DNA of 64,000 bases from Squalus acanthias. Its lineage: Eukaryota. This document shows positions 27,001-36,059 of the stretch, piece by piece. Every line of letters starts with the position of its first letter. The first letter of the stretch is position 1. The stretch spans positions 2,668,001-2,732,000 of the forward strand of contig JASTWF010000033.1 of assembly GCA_030390025.1 (NCBI GenBank), given 5' to 3'. The notes below the pieces were generated by a model. The model had not been told where the DNA came from. It saw nothing but the letters and a program-made list of their open reading frames with translations, and made no database searches. Made by a program: the position numbers and the translations under genes.

Positions 27001-27512
27001 GAAGGGGTTGGATCGGGTGGATTCGGGGAGGATGTTCCCGATGACGGGTGAGATTAGAACTAGGGGACATAGACTTAGAATAAGGGGCTGCTCTTTCAAA
27101 ACTGAGATGAGGAGGAACTACTTCACTCAGAGGGTGGTAGGTCCATGGAATATGCTGCCACAAAAAGCTGTAGAAGCTACATCATTAAATAAATTTAAAA
27201 CAGAAATAGACAGTTTCCTAGAAGTAAAGGGCATTAAGGGTTACGGGTAGCGAGCAGGAATTTGGACATGAGTCTAGGTTCGGATCGGTCATGGCCCTGT
27301 GGGTAGTGGAGCGGGCCCAGGGACCGTGTAGCCTGATTCTGCTCCTATTTCGTGTGTGCAATTCTGTTAGATGCAGGAGATGGTTCTGTGATAGATAGTA
27401 GATTGTCGGTTAGGATCAGATCAGCCATGATCTTATTGAATGGCGGAGCAGGCTCGAGGGGCCGATTGGCCTACTCCTGCTCCTATTTCTTATGTTCTTA
27501 TGTTCTTATGTT
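24015..27512 (+). mobile_element. Relatively young 5'-truncated CR1 LINE (end of ORF1 esterase, ORF2 EN-RT with a few stops/frameshifts, 3' tail)
   Basis: DELHL (esterase), YLNARS/ITETWL, MGDFN, SDHNM, NYRPVSLTS, DFQKAFD and FADD motifs appear in consecutive ORFs. The element ends in (TTCTTATG)n at 27487-27512. Confidence 0.95.
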
Positions 27513-27539
27513 CAACGATTCCATCCCTCTCCCTGTCAA

Positions 27540-28270
27540 CTGTCTGACGCCGAATTAGATTGTTTGTAAACTTGGTTCGACCCCCATTGATGAATTTCCA
27601 ACAAATTATCCGCGACATAAATAAATCCGCCTACTTGCAACTTCGTAATTTCCATTGCCCGTGACCGCACTTGTATCAGCTCATCTGCTGCTGAAACCCT
27701 CATTTGTTAATTTTACATTTAACTATTTTAACGCATCCTGTCTGGGCTCCCACGTTCTACCCTACGTGAACTTGACGTCATCCAAAATTCGGCTTCGCAT
27801 GTCCTAACTCGCACCAAGTCCCGTTAACCCATCACCCTGTGCTCGCTGACCTTAATTGGTACCCGCTTAAGCAACGTCTCGATTCTAAAATTCTCATGCT
27901 TGTTTTCAAATACTTCCATGGCCTCGCCCCTCCCTGTCTCTGTGATCTCCTCCAGCCCCGCAACGCCACCCCCCCGCACACCGAAATACCTGCGCTCCTC
28001 TGAGGCTTGCTTCTTGAGTATCCCTGATTTTAATCGTTCAACTGTTGGTGGCTGTGCCTTCAGCTGCCAAGGGCCTCAGATCAGAAATTAACACCATAAA
28101 CCTCACCGCCTTACTACCTCTCTTTCCTCCTTTAAAATGCTTGTTAAAACCTACGTCTTTGACCAAGTTTTTGGTCATCTGTCCTAATGTTTCCTAATGT
28201 GGCTCAGCACTGCTGTGAAGCGCCTTGGGACGTTTTACTATGACAAAGGCACTATATCAGTTGTTTTTAC
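27540..28270 (+). mobile_element. L2-type LINE 3' fragment
   Basis: Similar to 10360-10870 (CCATGGCCTCGCCCCTCCCT.TCTCTGT...CTTTGACCAAG.TTTTGGTCATCTG...CTGTGAAGCG). Confidence 0.65.
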
Positions 28271-29049
28271 TGTTGCACCAAATTTCCACTGTCACCAATT
28301 TCCTCTTACACATTGTATAGCTTGCCACTCAATTTCGCAAATGCTCCATACTCTGCGCACACAGCTCTGTATGTACATACGAAATACGAACATAAGACTT
28401 AGGAGCAGGGGTAGGCCACTCGGCCCCTACAGCCTGCACCGCCATTCAATAAGATCGTGGCTGATCTGATTACTTCACATTTCCATCTACCCCCGATAAC
28501 CTTTCAGCCACTTGCTTATCAAGAATCTATCTACCTCTGCCTTGATAATATTCAATGACTCTGCTTCCATCGCACTCTTAGGAAGAGAGTTGCAAAGACT
28601 CACGACCCTCTGTTAGAAAAAAAAATCTCTTCATTTCTGTCTTAAATTGGCGACCACTTATCTTTAAACAGTGACCCCTACTTCTAGATTCTCCCACAAG
28701 AGGCAACATACTCTCCACATCCACCCTATCAAGTCCCCTCAGGATCTTAGATGTTTCAATCAAGTCACCACTTACTCTTCTAAACTCCAGCGGATAAAAG
28801 CCTAGCCTGTCCAAATTTCCTCATAAGACAACACGCCCATTCCAGGTATTAGTCTAGTAAACCTTCTTTAAACTGCTTCCAACGCATTTACATCCTTTCT
28901 TAAATAAGGAGACCAATACTGTACACAGTAATCCAGAAGTGCCCTGTATACTTGAAGCATAACCTCCCTACATTTGTATTCAATTCCCTCGAAATATACA
29001 ATAACATTCTATTTGCTCTCCTAATTACTTTCTGTACCTGCATACTAAC

Positions 29050-29243
29050 TGTCGTAAGAATGAGCCTTACGCGTGGTGAACTTAAAGTAAGCTTTTATCA
29101 ACTAAAAAGGTGCTACATACAAAAGAGGTCTTACTCTATGACTCTCCAGGATTCAACTGATCAGCCCAGTATTTATCCTGGACTAATCACAGGAAGTGAT
29201 GTAATAAAGTTCAAGTCACAGGAAGCTGTATTGTGTTACCACA
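29050..29243 (-). repeat. 3' LTR of the Gypsy element
   Basis: Direct repeat of 33338-33531 with TG/CA ends and an adjacent PPT. Confidence 0.97.
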
Positions 29244-29308
29244 TTCTCCCCCCGCAAAAAAGATTAGGAGGCCGGGATGAAGTTCGAGTCACAGGAAGCT
29301 GTATTGTG

Positions 29309-32300
29309 TTACCACATTCTCCCTCCATTTCGTAGCCGCTGGACGAGGGAGAGCCGCACCCGTTTGGGTTCTCGTAGCGGTAGAGGGCCCCTAGCCCGTT
29401 TACCCGCCGCGGGCCGTGGACCAGAGTCCGAGTGATCCAGCCCGATCTGTGAGGGGTAAGGACGATCCTGACTGTGTACTGGTGCCCGAACGGGTGTCGG
29501 GCAGGGCTGTGGCAGTTCCGTTTCCGAGCGTATGGTACGGGGTGGATCGTGGCTGCGCGTGCGAGCCCCGACGGGCTCATAGTCAGTCTGCCCCAGGTCG
29601 GCACGCTGGAGTGAGGTACCAGCCGGTGTCAGAGCCAGATCGTGATGAGAGGCACCTGGCGAGCCCAGAGATGTGCCTGGTACAATATCATCCCCTGGTG
29701 TCCCTCTATGTTTCGGCGGGCAGGGAGCCAGATCCCGCAATGACATGGTAGTTTCCCGACCGTCAGGATACCGAATATAGGTGTAGGTAGGGTTGACGTC
29801 AGTGAGCTCAACCTCATCTACCAGGGGGTCATTCTTAGACGCCCGAACATATCTTCGGAGTAGCACTGGTCCCGGTGCAGTCAGCCACGACGGGAGAGAT
29901 ATCCCATAGGATGAGCGCCGCTGAAATCGGAAGAACCGTTCATGAGGCGTCATATTTGTGGCGGTCGAAAGGAGGTACCATGTGGAGTGTAATGCGTCTG
30001 GAAGTACTGCTTCCCATTGCTGGTTGGGTAGGCCCCGAGATCTCAAAGCCAGACGTACCGCATTCCAGATGGTAGCGTTAAAACGCTCGACTTGCCCATT
30101 CCCGACCGGATGATAAGGCGTCGTTCTGCTGGCAGCAATACCCCGTTCGGAGAGATAGGCCTTGAGTTCTCCTGATATAAAAGAAGGGCCCCGATCCGAA
30201 TGAACATAGGATGACATGCCACAGAAAGCAAATACCTGCTCAAGGCAGCTGATAACCGTGGTCGTCAGCATATTGGGGCAGGGAAAGGCAAACGGAAAAC
30301 GGGAATACTCATCGACCATGGTCAATAGATAAGTGTTGCGAGTTGAAGAGGGCAACGGCCCCTTAAAATCGATGCTAAGCCGTTGCATTGGCTGGGTCGC
30401 ATGTATGAGTATACCACCCGAGGGGCGGAAAAACTGAGGTTTCAATTCCGCACAGACTCTGCAGTCCGAGCACATCTTCTTTACATCCCCGGTAGAGAAT
30501 GGGAGATTTCGGGACCGCACGAAGTGTAGCATGCGAGTAACGCCCGGATGACACAACCCATCATGGATGTCTACGAGCGTAGAGGGTGCCATGGCGGAGC
30601 AGAATGCTCGTGTGAGGGTATCCGGAGCCACATTCTCCTTGCCAGGTCGATAGTGGATGGTGTAACCAAAAGAGGCCAATTCCAGCCGCCAAAGCTGGAT
30701 TTTATTATTTTTAATTTTGGTCCGTTTTCGATTATCGAGCATGAAGGCGACCGATCGCTGGTCCGTGATTAAGGTAAAGTGCTGGCGAGCTAGGAGATGA
30801 GTCCACTTCCGTACTGCCTCTATGATGGCTGTAGCTTCTTTCTCGACTGGAGGATAATGTAGCTCAGCCCCTTGAAAAGTCCTGGACAAAAATGCCACCG
30901 GACGACCTTCCTGATTCAGAGTGGCCGAGATCGCCACCTCCGAGGCATCACACTCAACAACAAAAGGAAGACTCTCATCGATGGAGTGAAGAGCCGCTTT
31001 CTCCAACTGTTTTTTCAGGAGGTTAAAGGCTGCAACAGCCGCTGTGTCTAGTGGGAATGTGCTGGCCTTCAGTAGAGGTTGGATTCGGTCCGAGAAGTTA
31101 GGAATCCATTTAGCATAGTATGCAAACAGGCCGAGGGCCCGGCACAAGGAGGCCGGATTCTTAGGTGGCGGGAGTTCTTGGAGTGGGCGAAGCCTTTCAG
31201 GGTCAGGTTTAATGATGCCATTGCCCACACAATAGCCAAGGATGTTGATGGTTGGTTGTGACTCAATGGATTTAGCCGCATTTAATGTCAAATTACGGTG
31301 CTGGAGTGCATCCCAAAATCGTTGGAGATTGGCGTCATGTTCCCGCTGATTGCGACCTGCGACAGTAATATTGTCCAGATAAGGAAACGTATCCTTTAAG
31401 TCTTCCTGTTTGACCAGGTCATCCATTGCTCGCTGGAAGACAGCCACTCCATTAGTGACCCCAAAGGGGAGGCGACGAAATTGATACAGCCGTCCATTGG
31501 CTTCAAAGGCCGTATACTGCTTGTCTGAGACCTTCAAGGGTACCTGATGATAGGCACTTTTCAGATCATATGTTGAGAACACCGTGTACTCAGCCAGTTT
31601 ATTAACCATATCATCGATGCGCGGCAATGGGTATGCGTCCAAGTCCGTATATTGATTGATGGTCTGTGAATAGTCAATGCACAGCCGTTTCTTATGAGGT
31701 TGTAGAGGGTTCTTAACAATAACGACCTGGGCGCGCCATGGCGACGAACAAGGCTCGATGATATCCTCTGCTAAAAGCCGAGAAATCTCAGCCGCAATAA
31801 AAGACTGGTCTTCCTGACTGAAACGTCGTGACTTTGTTATAATCGGTTTGCATCGAGGAGGGATAATGGTAAACAGTGAGGGTTCATCCAGTGAAGCTGC
31901 TGACAATGCACAGAACGGTAATCGAGGTCGTATATTAGAAATAGTGAGTTCAGGTTTGGATCCGCCGAACTCAATGGTGAGCTTCTTATGCTGCTTTTGA
32001 AAATCTAGCCCTAAGATAAGATCACTACATAAGTCCTTGAGCACCGAAAGCCGGGTGGAGGGATACCTGTGACCATTAAGTGTTATTTCAACCATACAAA
32101 AGCCAGAAATTCTGGTATTAAGTGATGACTGCGCCATCGCAATTGCCTGGTCCGATGGGAAAACATGTAGCTTTAACTCTGCAACAATCTGTTCCCTAAT
32201 GAAACTATCAGTGCTACATGAGTCAATTAAGGCATCTAAAGTATGTCCATTAATTGATGCTTTTGTAGCTGCATGGAATATGTTCTGAGGACAAGCAGCT

Positions 32301-33259
32301 GTAATTGGTGTCGTTGCACAAAGAGTGGCTGAAACTCTAGGTGTGTTTCTTCGAGAGAAAACCCGAGAGGAAGCACGATAGATTTTAGCCGGAACATCTT
32401 GATAGGCCCTTACCGGGGCAGTTCGGTAGGACTTAGCTTCATAAGCCCTCGTAGAGGCTCTTGATAGGCAAACCTTTGCAAAATGACCCTTTTTGTTGCA
32501 ATGACTGCAAAACGCATTGCGAGCAGGGCAGAATTTCCGAGGGTGAAACTCATCACCACAAAAGAAGCATTTCTTACATTGCCAAGAGGCTGCCACAGTG
32601 GGGTCATCATCCTCTTCATCAGTGAAGTCATCAGATTGATCGTCAGGGATAAAGTCCTCCCTAATAGAGTTCACCTGTGGCCTCTTAAATTGCCTGACTG
32701 TAGTTAAGGCAGCAGACCGAGGTCTGGGCACTGTATAAAGGTCTGCATTTCTTTTTGCCAGATCTAGAGAGCAAGCCATGTCATAAGCTCTCTGAAGCTC
32801 AATTGTCTTACTTTCCAGTAGACACTGGCGTATAAATGGGGAGGCAAGCCCGCAGATGAAAGCATCACGGATCATTTCTTCACGGTACAGCTCAGCTGAG
32901 GCCGCCTGAAAGTTACAGTCCATACTAAGTCTGCGAAGCTCTTGGAGGAATTTATCAATGGATTCCTCCGGCCCTTGTTGGGCTGTAGCTAGTAGATGTC
33001 TGGCATAGACCTCATTCGGTGTCTTAGTATATAGTCTTTTAAGCGTCCGAATTGCCTCCTCGTAACTGCCCCATTCCTCGACATACTGAAATACATTCGG
33101 GGTGACACAGTTGATGAGTATCCGCAATTTTGAATCATCATCAGCCTTGCAATATTCGAGAAAATTGTCAAACGTGCGATAGCAGTGTTTCCACACCTTA
33201 CCGGCTGCTGGGGTGTTTGGGTCCAAGTCAAGACGCGATGGTTTAAGGATGTTTTCCAT
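29309..33259 (-). CDS. Gag-Pol polyprotein, 1316 aa (zinc knuckles, protease, RT, RNase H, integrase)
   Basis: CFFCGDEFHPRKFCPARNAFCSHCNKKGHFAKVC; ALIDSCS; RLCIDY, YDLKSAYHQ, LPFG, YLDN; ECDAS, EKEATA, TDQ; H..H...C..C; IDFKGP, HSDRG, GQVERFN. The domain order RT-RH-IN is that of Ty3/Gypsy. Confidence 0.95.
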   Translation of the reverse strand: MENILKPSRLDLDPNTPAAGKVWKHCYRTFDNFLEYCKADDDSKLRILINCVTPNVFQYVEEWGSYEEAIRTLKRLYTKTPNEVYARHLLATAQQGPEESIDKFLQELRRLSMDCNFQAASAELYREEMIRDAFICGLASPFIRQCLLESKTIELQRAYDMACSLDLAKRNADLYTVPRPRSAALTTVRQFKRPQVNSIREDFIPDDQSDDFTDEEDDDPTVAASWQCKKCFFCGDEFHPRKFCPARNAFCSHCNKKGHFAKVCLSRASTRAYEAKSYRTAPVRAYQDVPAKIYRASSRVFSRRNTPRVSATLCATTPITAACPQNIFHAATKASINGHTLDALIDSCSTDSFIREQIVAELKLHVFPSDQAIAMAQSSLNTRISGFCMVEITLNGHRYPSTRLSVLKDLCSDLILGLDFQKQHKKLTIEFGGSKPELTISNIRPRLPFCALSAASLDEPSLFTIIPPRCKPIITKSRRFSQEDQSFIAAEISRLLAEDIIEPCSSPWRAQVVIVKNPLQPHKKRLCIDYSQTINQYTDLDAYPLPRIDDMVNKLAEYTVFSTYDLKSAYHQVPLKVSDKQYTAFEANGRLYQFRRLPFGVTNGVAVFQRAMDDLVKQEDLKDTFPYLDNITVAGRNQREHDANLQRFWDALQHRNLTLNAAKSIESQPTINILGYCVGNGIIKPDPERLRPLQELPPPKNPASLCRALGLFAYYAKWIPNFSDRIQPLLKASTFPLDTAAVAAFNLLKKQLEKAALHSIDESLPFVVECDASEVAISATLNQEGRPVAFLSRTFQGAELHYPPVEKEATAIIEAVRKWTHLLARQHFTLITDQRSVAFMLDNRKRTKIKNNKIQLWRLELASFGYTIHYRPGKENVAPDTLTRAFCSAMAPSTLVDIHDGLCHPGVTRMLHFVRSRNLPFSTGDVKKMCSDCRVCAELKPQFFRPSGGILIHATQPMQRLSIDFKGPLPSSTRNTYLLTMVDEYSRFPFAFPCPNMLTTTVISCLEQVFAFCGMSSYVHSDRGPSFISGELKAYLSERGIAASRTTPYHPVGNGQVERFNATIWNAVRLALRSRGLPNQQWEAVLPDALHSTWYLLSTATNMTPHERFFRFQRRSSYGISLPSWLTAPGPVLLRRYVRASKNDPLVDEVELTDVNPTYTYIRYPDGRETTMSLRDLAPCPPKHRGTPGDDIVPGTSLGSPGASHHDLALTPAGTSLQRADLGQTDYEPVGARTRSHDPPRTIRSETELPQPCPTPVRAPVHSQDRPYPSQIGLDHSDSGPRPAAGKRARGPLPLREPKRVRLSLVQRLRNGGRMW

Positions 33260-33325
33260 GATGGGTGATTCCCTGGACCCTTAGTTCCGAGTTCGTCCAA
33301 AAAGTTTGAGTGCGAAGTTTTTCAA

Positions 33326-33336
33326 AGTTGATTAAA
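33326..33336 (-). promoter_or_regulatory. Non-tRNA primer-binding site (TTTAATCAACT), complementary to LTR positions 33381-33391
   Basis: It sits 1 nt inside the 5' LTR boundary, has no TGG, and forms a perfect 11-bp inverted repeat with an LTR-internal sequence. Confidence 0.75.
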
Positions 33337-33337
33337 T

Positions 33338-33531
33338 TGTCGTAAGAATGAGCCTTATGCGTGGTGAACTTAAAGTAAGCTTTAATCAACTAAAAAGGTG
33401 CTACATACAAAAGAGGTTTTACTCTATGCCTCTCCAGGATTCAACTGATCAGCCCAGTATTTATCCTGGACTAATCACAGGAAGTGATGTAATAAAGTTC
33501 AAGTCACAGGAAGCTGTATTGTGTTACCACA
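33338..33531 (-). repeat. 5' LTR of the Gypsy element
   Basis: Direct repeat of 29050-29243, upstream of the gag ATG at 33259. Confidence 0.97.
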
Positions 33532-34712
33532 CTAACATTTTGCGATTCATGCACTGTGACAAACAGATCCCTCTGCATTTAAGAGCTCTGCAATCTCTCA
33601 CGATTTAGATAATATGCTTCTCTTTTATTCTTCCTGCAAAAATGGAAAATTTAACATTTTCCCACATTATTCTATTTACCTTTTACAAGCACTCTACTTA
33701 CAATTAGTCTGTCAACTTCCACCCACAACAATTCTCTCCCAGTCATTCGCCCAATTACAGCTGATTGACTGTTAAATGTAAAGTGCCACTGACTTGCAGA
33801 TTAAAGTAATTTTTTAATGTATTAAAGTAAGAAAAGTATGTACAATTTCAGCTGGATAAGAACACTCTCTGTTGAATTTACTCACTATTTACCACTTTCA
33901 CCAAATCAGTCATTGCGGTTCAGATATCAGGAGAAAGAGTTTGGTCAGGTGCAATTTTGGCCCTTGAAAACTGATTATCGTGATATTGTCAATGAATATA
34001 AGAAAGTGGCGGACATGTTGAATAATTACTTTGCATCAGTATCTGCAGTAGTGGAAGAGGACAACATGCCGGAAATCACAAGCAAACTTATATTGAGTCT
34101 AGGACTCAACAAAATTAATGTATGCAGAATAACAGTGATTGATAAAATAATGTCACGAAAGAGTGACAAATCCCCAGGACCAGATGGTTCCATCCCAGGG
34201 ATTTAAAGGAAGTAGGTGAGCACATTGCAGGTGACTTAACTATAAAGTTCCAAATTTCTCTCGATTCAGGCATTGTCCCTTAATGTTTGGAAAATTGCGC
34301 ATGTCTCTCCGCTATTTTAGAATGGTGAGAGAGGGAAACCAGGAAATTATAGACCAGCTATCCTAAAATCTGTTCTAGGTAAATTACTAGAGTCTATAAT
34401 TAAGGATAGGGTGACTGAACATCTTGAATTTTTTCAGCTGATCAGAGAGAGCCAGCATGTATTTATGAATGGTAGATCATGCCTGACGAAGCTAATCCAA
34501 CTTTTTGACGAGTTGACTAAAGTAGCGCACAGTGGAATGTCAACGGATGTTATTTATATGGACTTCCAGAAGGCACTTGATGAAGTCCCTCATAAGAGCC
34601 TGTTAACTAAGGTTGAAGTGGTCATGATGCGGAGATGCCGGTGTTGGACTGGGGTGGACAAAATTGAGAGGTCGCACAACACCAGGTTATAGTCCAACAG
34701 TTTTATTTGAAA

Positions 34713-34754
34713 TCACAAGCTTTCGGAGCTATCGATTGCTCCTTCTTCAGGTGA
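34713..34754 (-). ncRNA. Second hammerhead motif in the inverted pseudo-LTR copy
   Basis: The reverse complement reads TCAC-CTGAAGA-A-GGAGC-AATCGATA-GCTCC-GAAA-GCTT-GTGA. Confidence 0.72.
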
Positions 34755-36017
34755 AGTAAATTAGATACAGAATCGCCAAAGCATATATAGATAGAAAACA
34801 AAGCATGTGTACCTTACAATTGCAGACCACTAAATTAAATCATCCTGACTATCCCCTATGGACAAGCCCTGCGAATACACAGGATCTGCTCAGACGAGGA
34901 GGAACGCGATGGACACCTACGGACGCTGAAAAACGCCCTCGTAAGAACGGGATATGACGCTCGACTCATCGATCGACAGTTCCGACGGGCCACAGCGAAA
35001 AATCGCATAGACCTCCTCAGAAGGCAAACACGGGACACAACCAACAGGGTACCCTACGTCGTCCAGTACTTCCCCGGAGCGGAGAAACTACGCCATGTTC
35101 TTCGCAGCCTTCAACATGTCATCGATGACGACAAACACCTCGCTAAGGCCATCCCCACGCCTCCACTACTTGCCTTCAAACAGCCGCCTAACCTCAGAAG
35201 TACCATCGTTCACAGCAAATTACCCAGCTTTCAGGATAACAGCGACCACGACACCACACAACCCTGCCATGGCAAACTCTGCAAGACATGCCAGATCATC
35301 AACACAGATACCACCATCACACGTGAGGACACTACCCACCAGGTACATGGTACATACTCATGTGACTCGGCCAACGTTGTCTACCTCATACGTTGCAGGA
35401 AAGAATGCACCGTGGCATGGTACATCGGCGAGACCATGCAGACACTGAGACAACGTATGAACGAGCACCGCGCAACAATCGCCAGGCAGGATTGTTACCT
35501 CCCAGTCGGGGAACACTTCAGCAGTCAAGGACATTCAGCCTCGGATCTGCGGGTAAGCGTTCTCCAAGGCAACCTTAGAAACACACGACAACGCAAAATC
35601 ATCGAGCAGAAACTGATAGCCAAGTTCCGCACTCATGAAGACGGTCTCATTCGGGATCTTGGGTTTATGTCACGATACATGACGTGATCCGGACTCGAGT
35701 CGTCGTTAGCTTGTTCACAGATGTGATTCCCAGTAAAAAAGTAAAAATGTTCCCAGTAAAAAAGTAAAATTTTTAAAGCTTTTCGTTTTACATACAGACG
35801 GCAGCTTTTGACACGTTAGAACCCCTGCGACTACACCTCATTGTCTCAGTTGTATCTTGCTATGTCTTTGATGTGGTACCTTCCTGGCTGACTTAATTAA
35901 CTTTATCACACCTCGGCAGATAGTCAGGATGATTTAATTTAGTGGTCTGCAATTGTAAGGTACACATGCTTTGTTATCTATCTATATATGCTTTGGCGAT
36001 TCTGTATCTAATTTACT

Positions 36018-36059
36018 TCACCTGAGGAAGGAGCAATCGATAGCTCCGAAAGCTTGTGA
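36018..36059 (+). ncRNA. Minimal type I hammerhead ribozyme motif in the Penelope pseudo-LTR
   Basis: TCAC-CTGAGGA-A-GGAGC-(AATCGATA)-GCTCC-GAAA-GCTT-GTGA: core CUGANGA/GAAA, 5-bp stem II, 4-bp stem I and a palindromic AAGCTT stem III. Confidence 0.75.

Larger units (their letters stand above)
29050..33531 (-). mobile_element. Full-length Ty3/Gypsy LTR retrotransposon (Mag-like double zinc knuckle)
   Basis: Two 194-bp TG...CA LTRs (29050-29243 and 33338-33531) with 4 mismatches by eye. 5-bp TSD CTAAC at 29045-29049 and 33532-33536. PPT GGGGGGAGAA on the minus strand (29253-29244). Confidence 0.97.
28378..33680 (-). mobile_element. CR1 3' fragment (28378-29049 and 33532-about 33680) interrupted by the Gypsy insertion
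   Basis: ORF 28578..28814(-) reads RLGFYPLEFRRVSGDLIET. The CR1 sequence resumes after the TSD. Confidence 0.8.
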
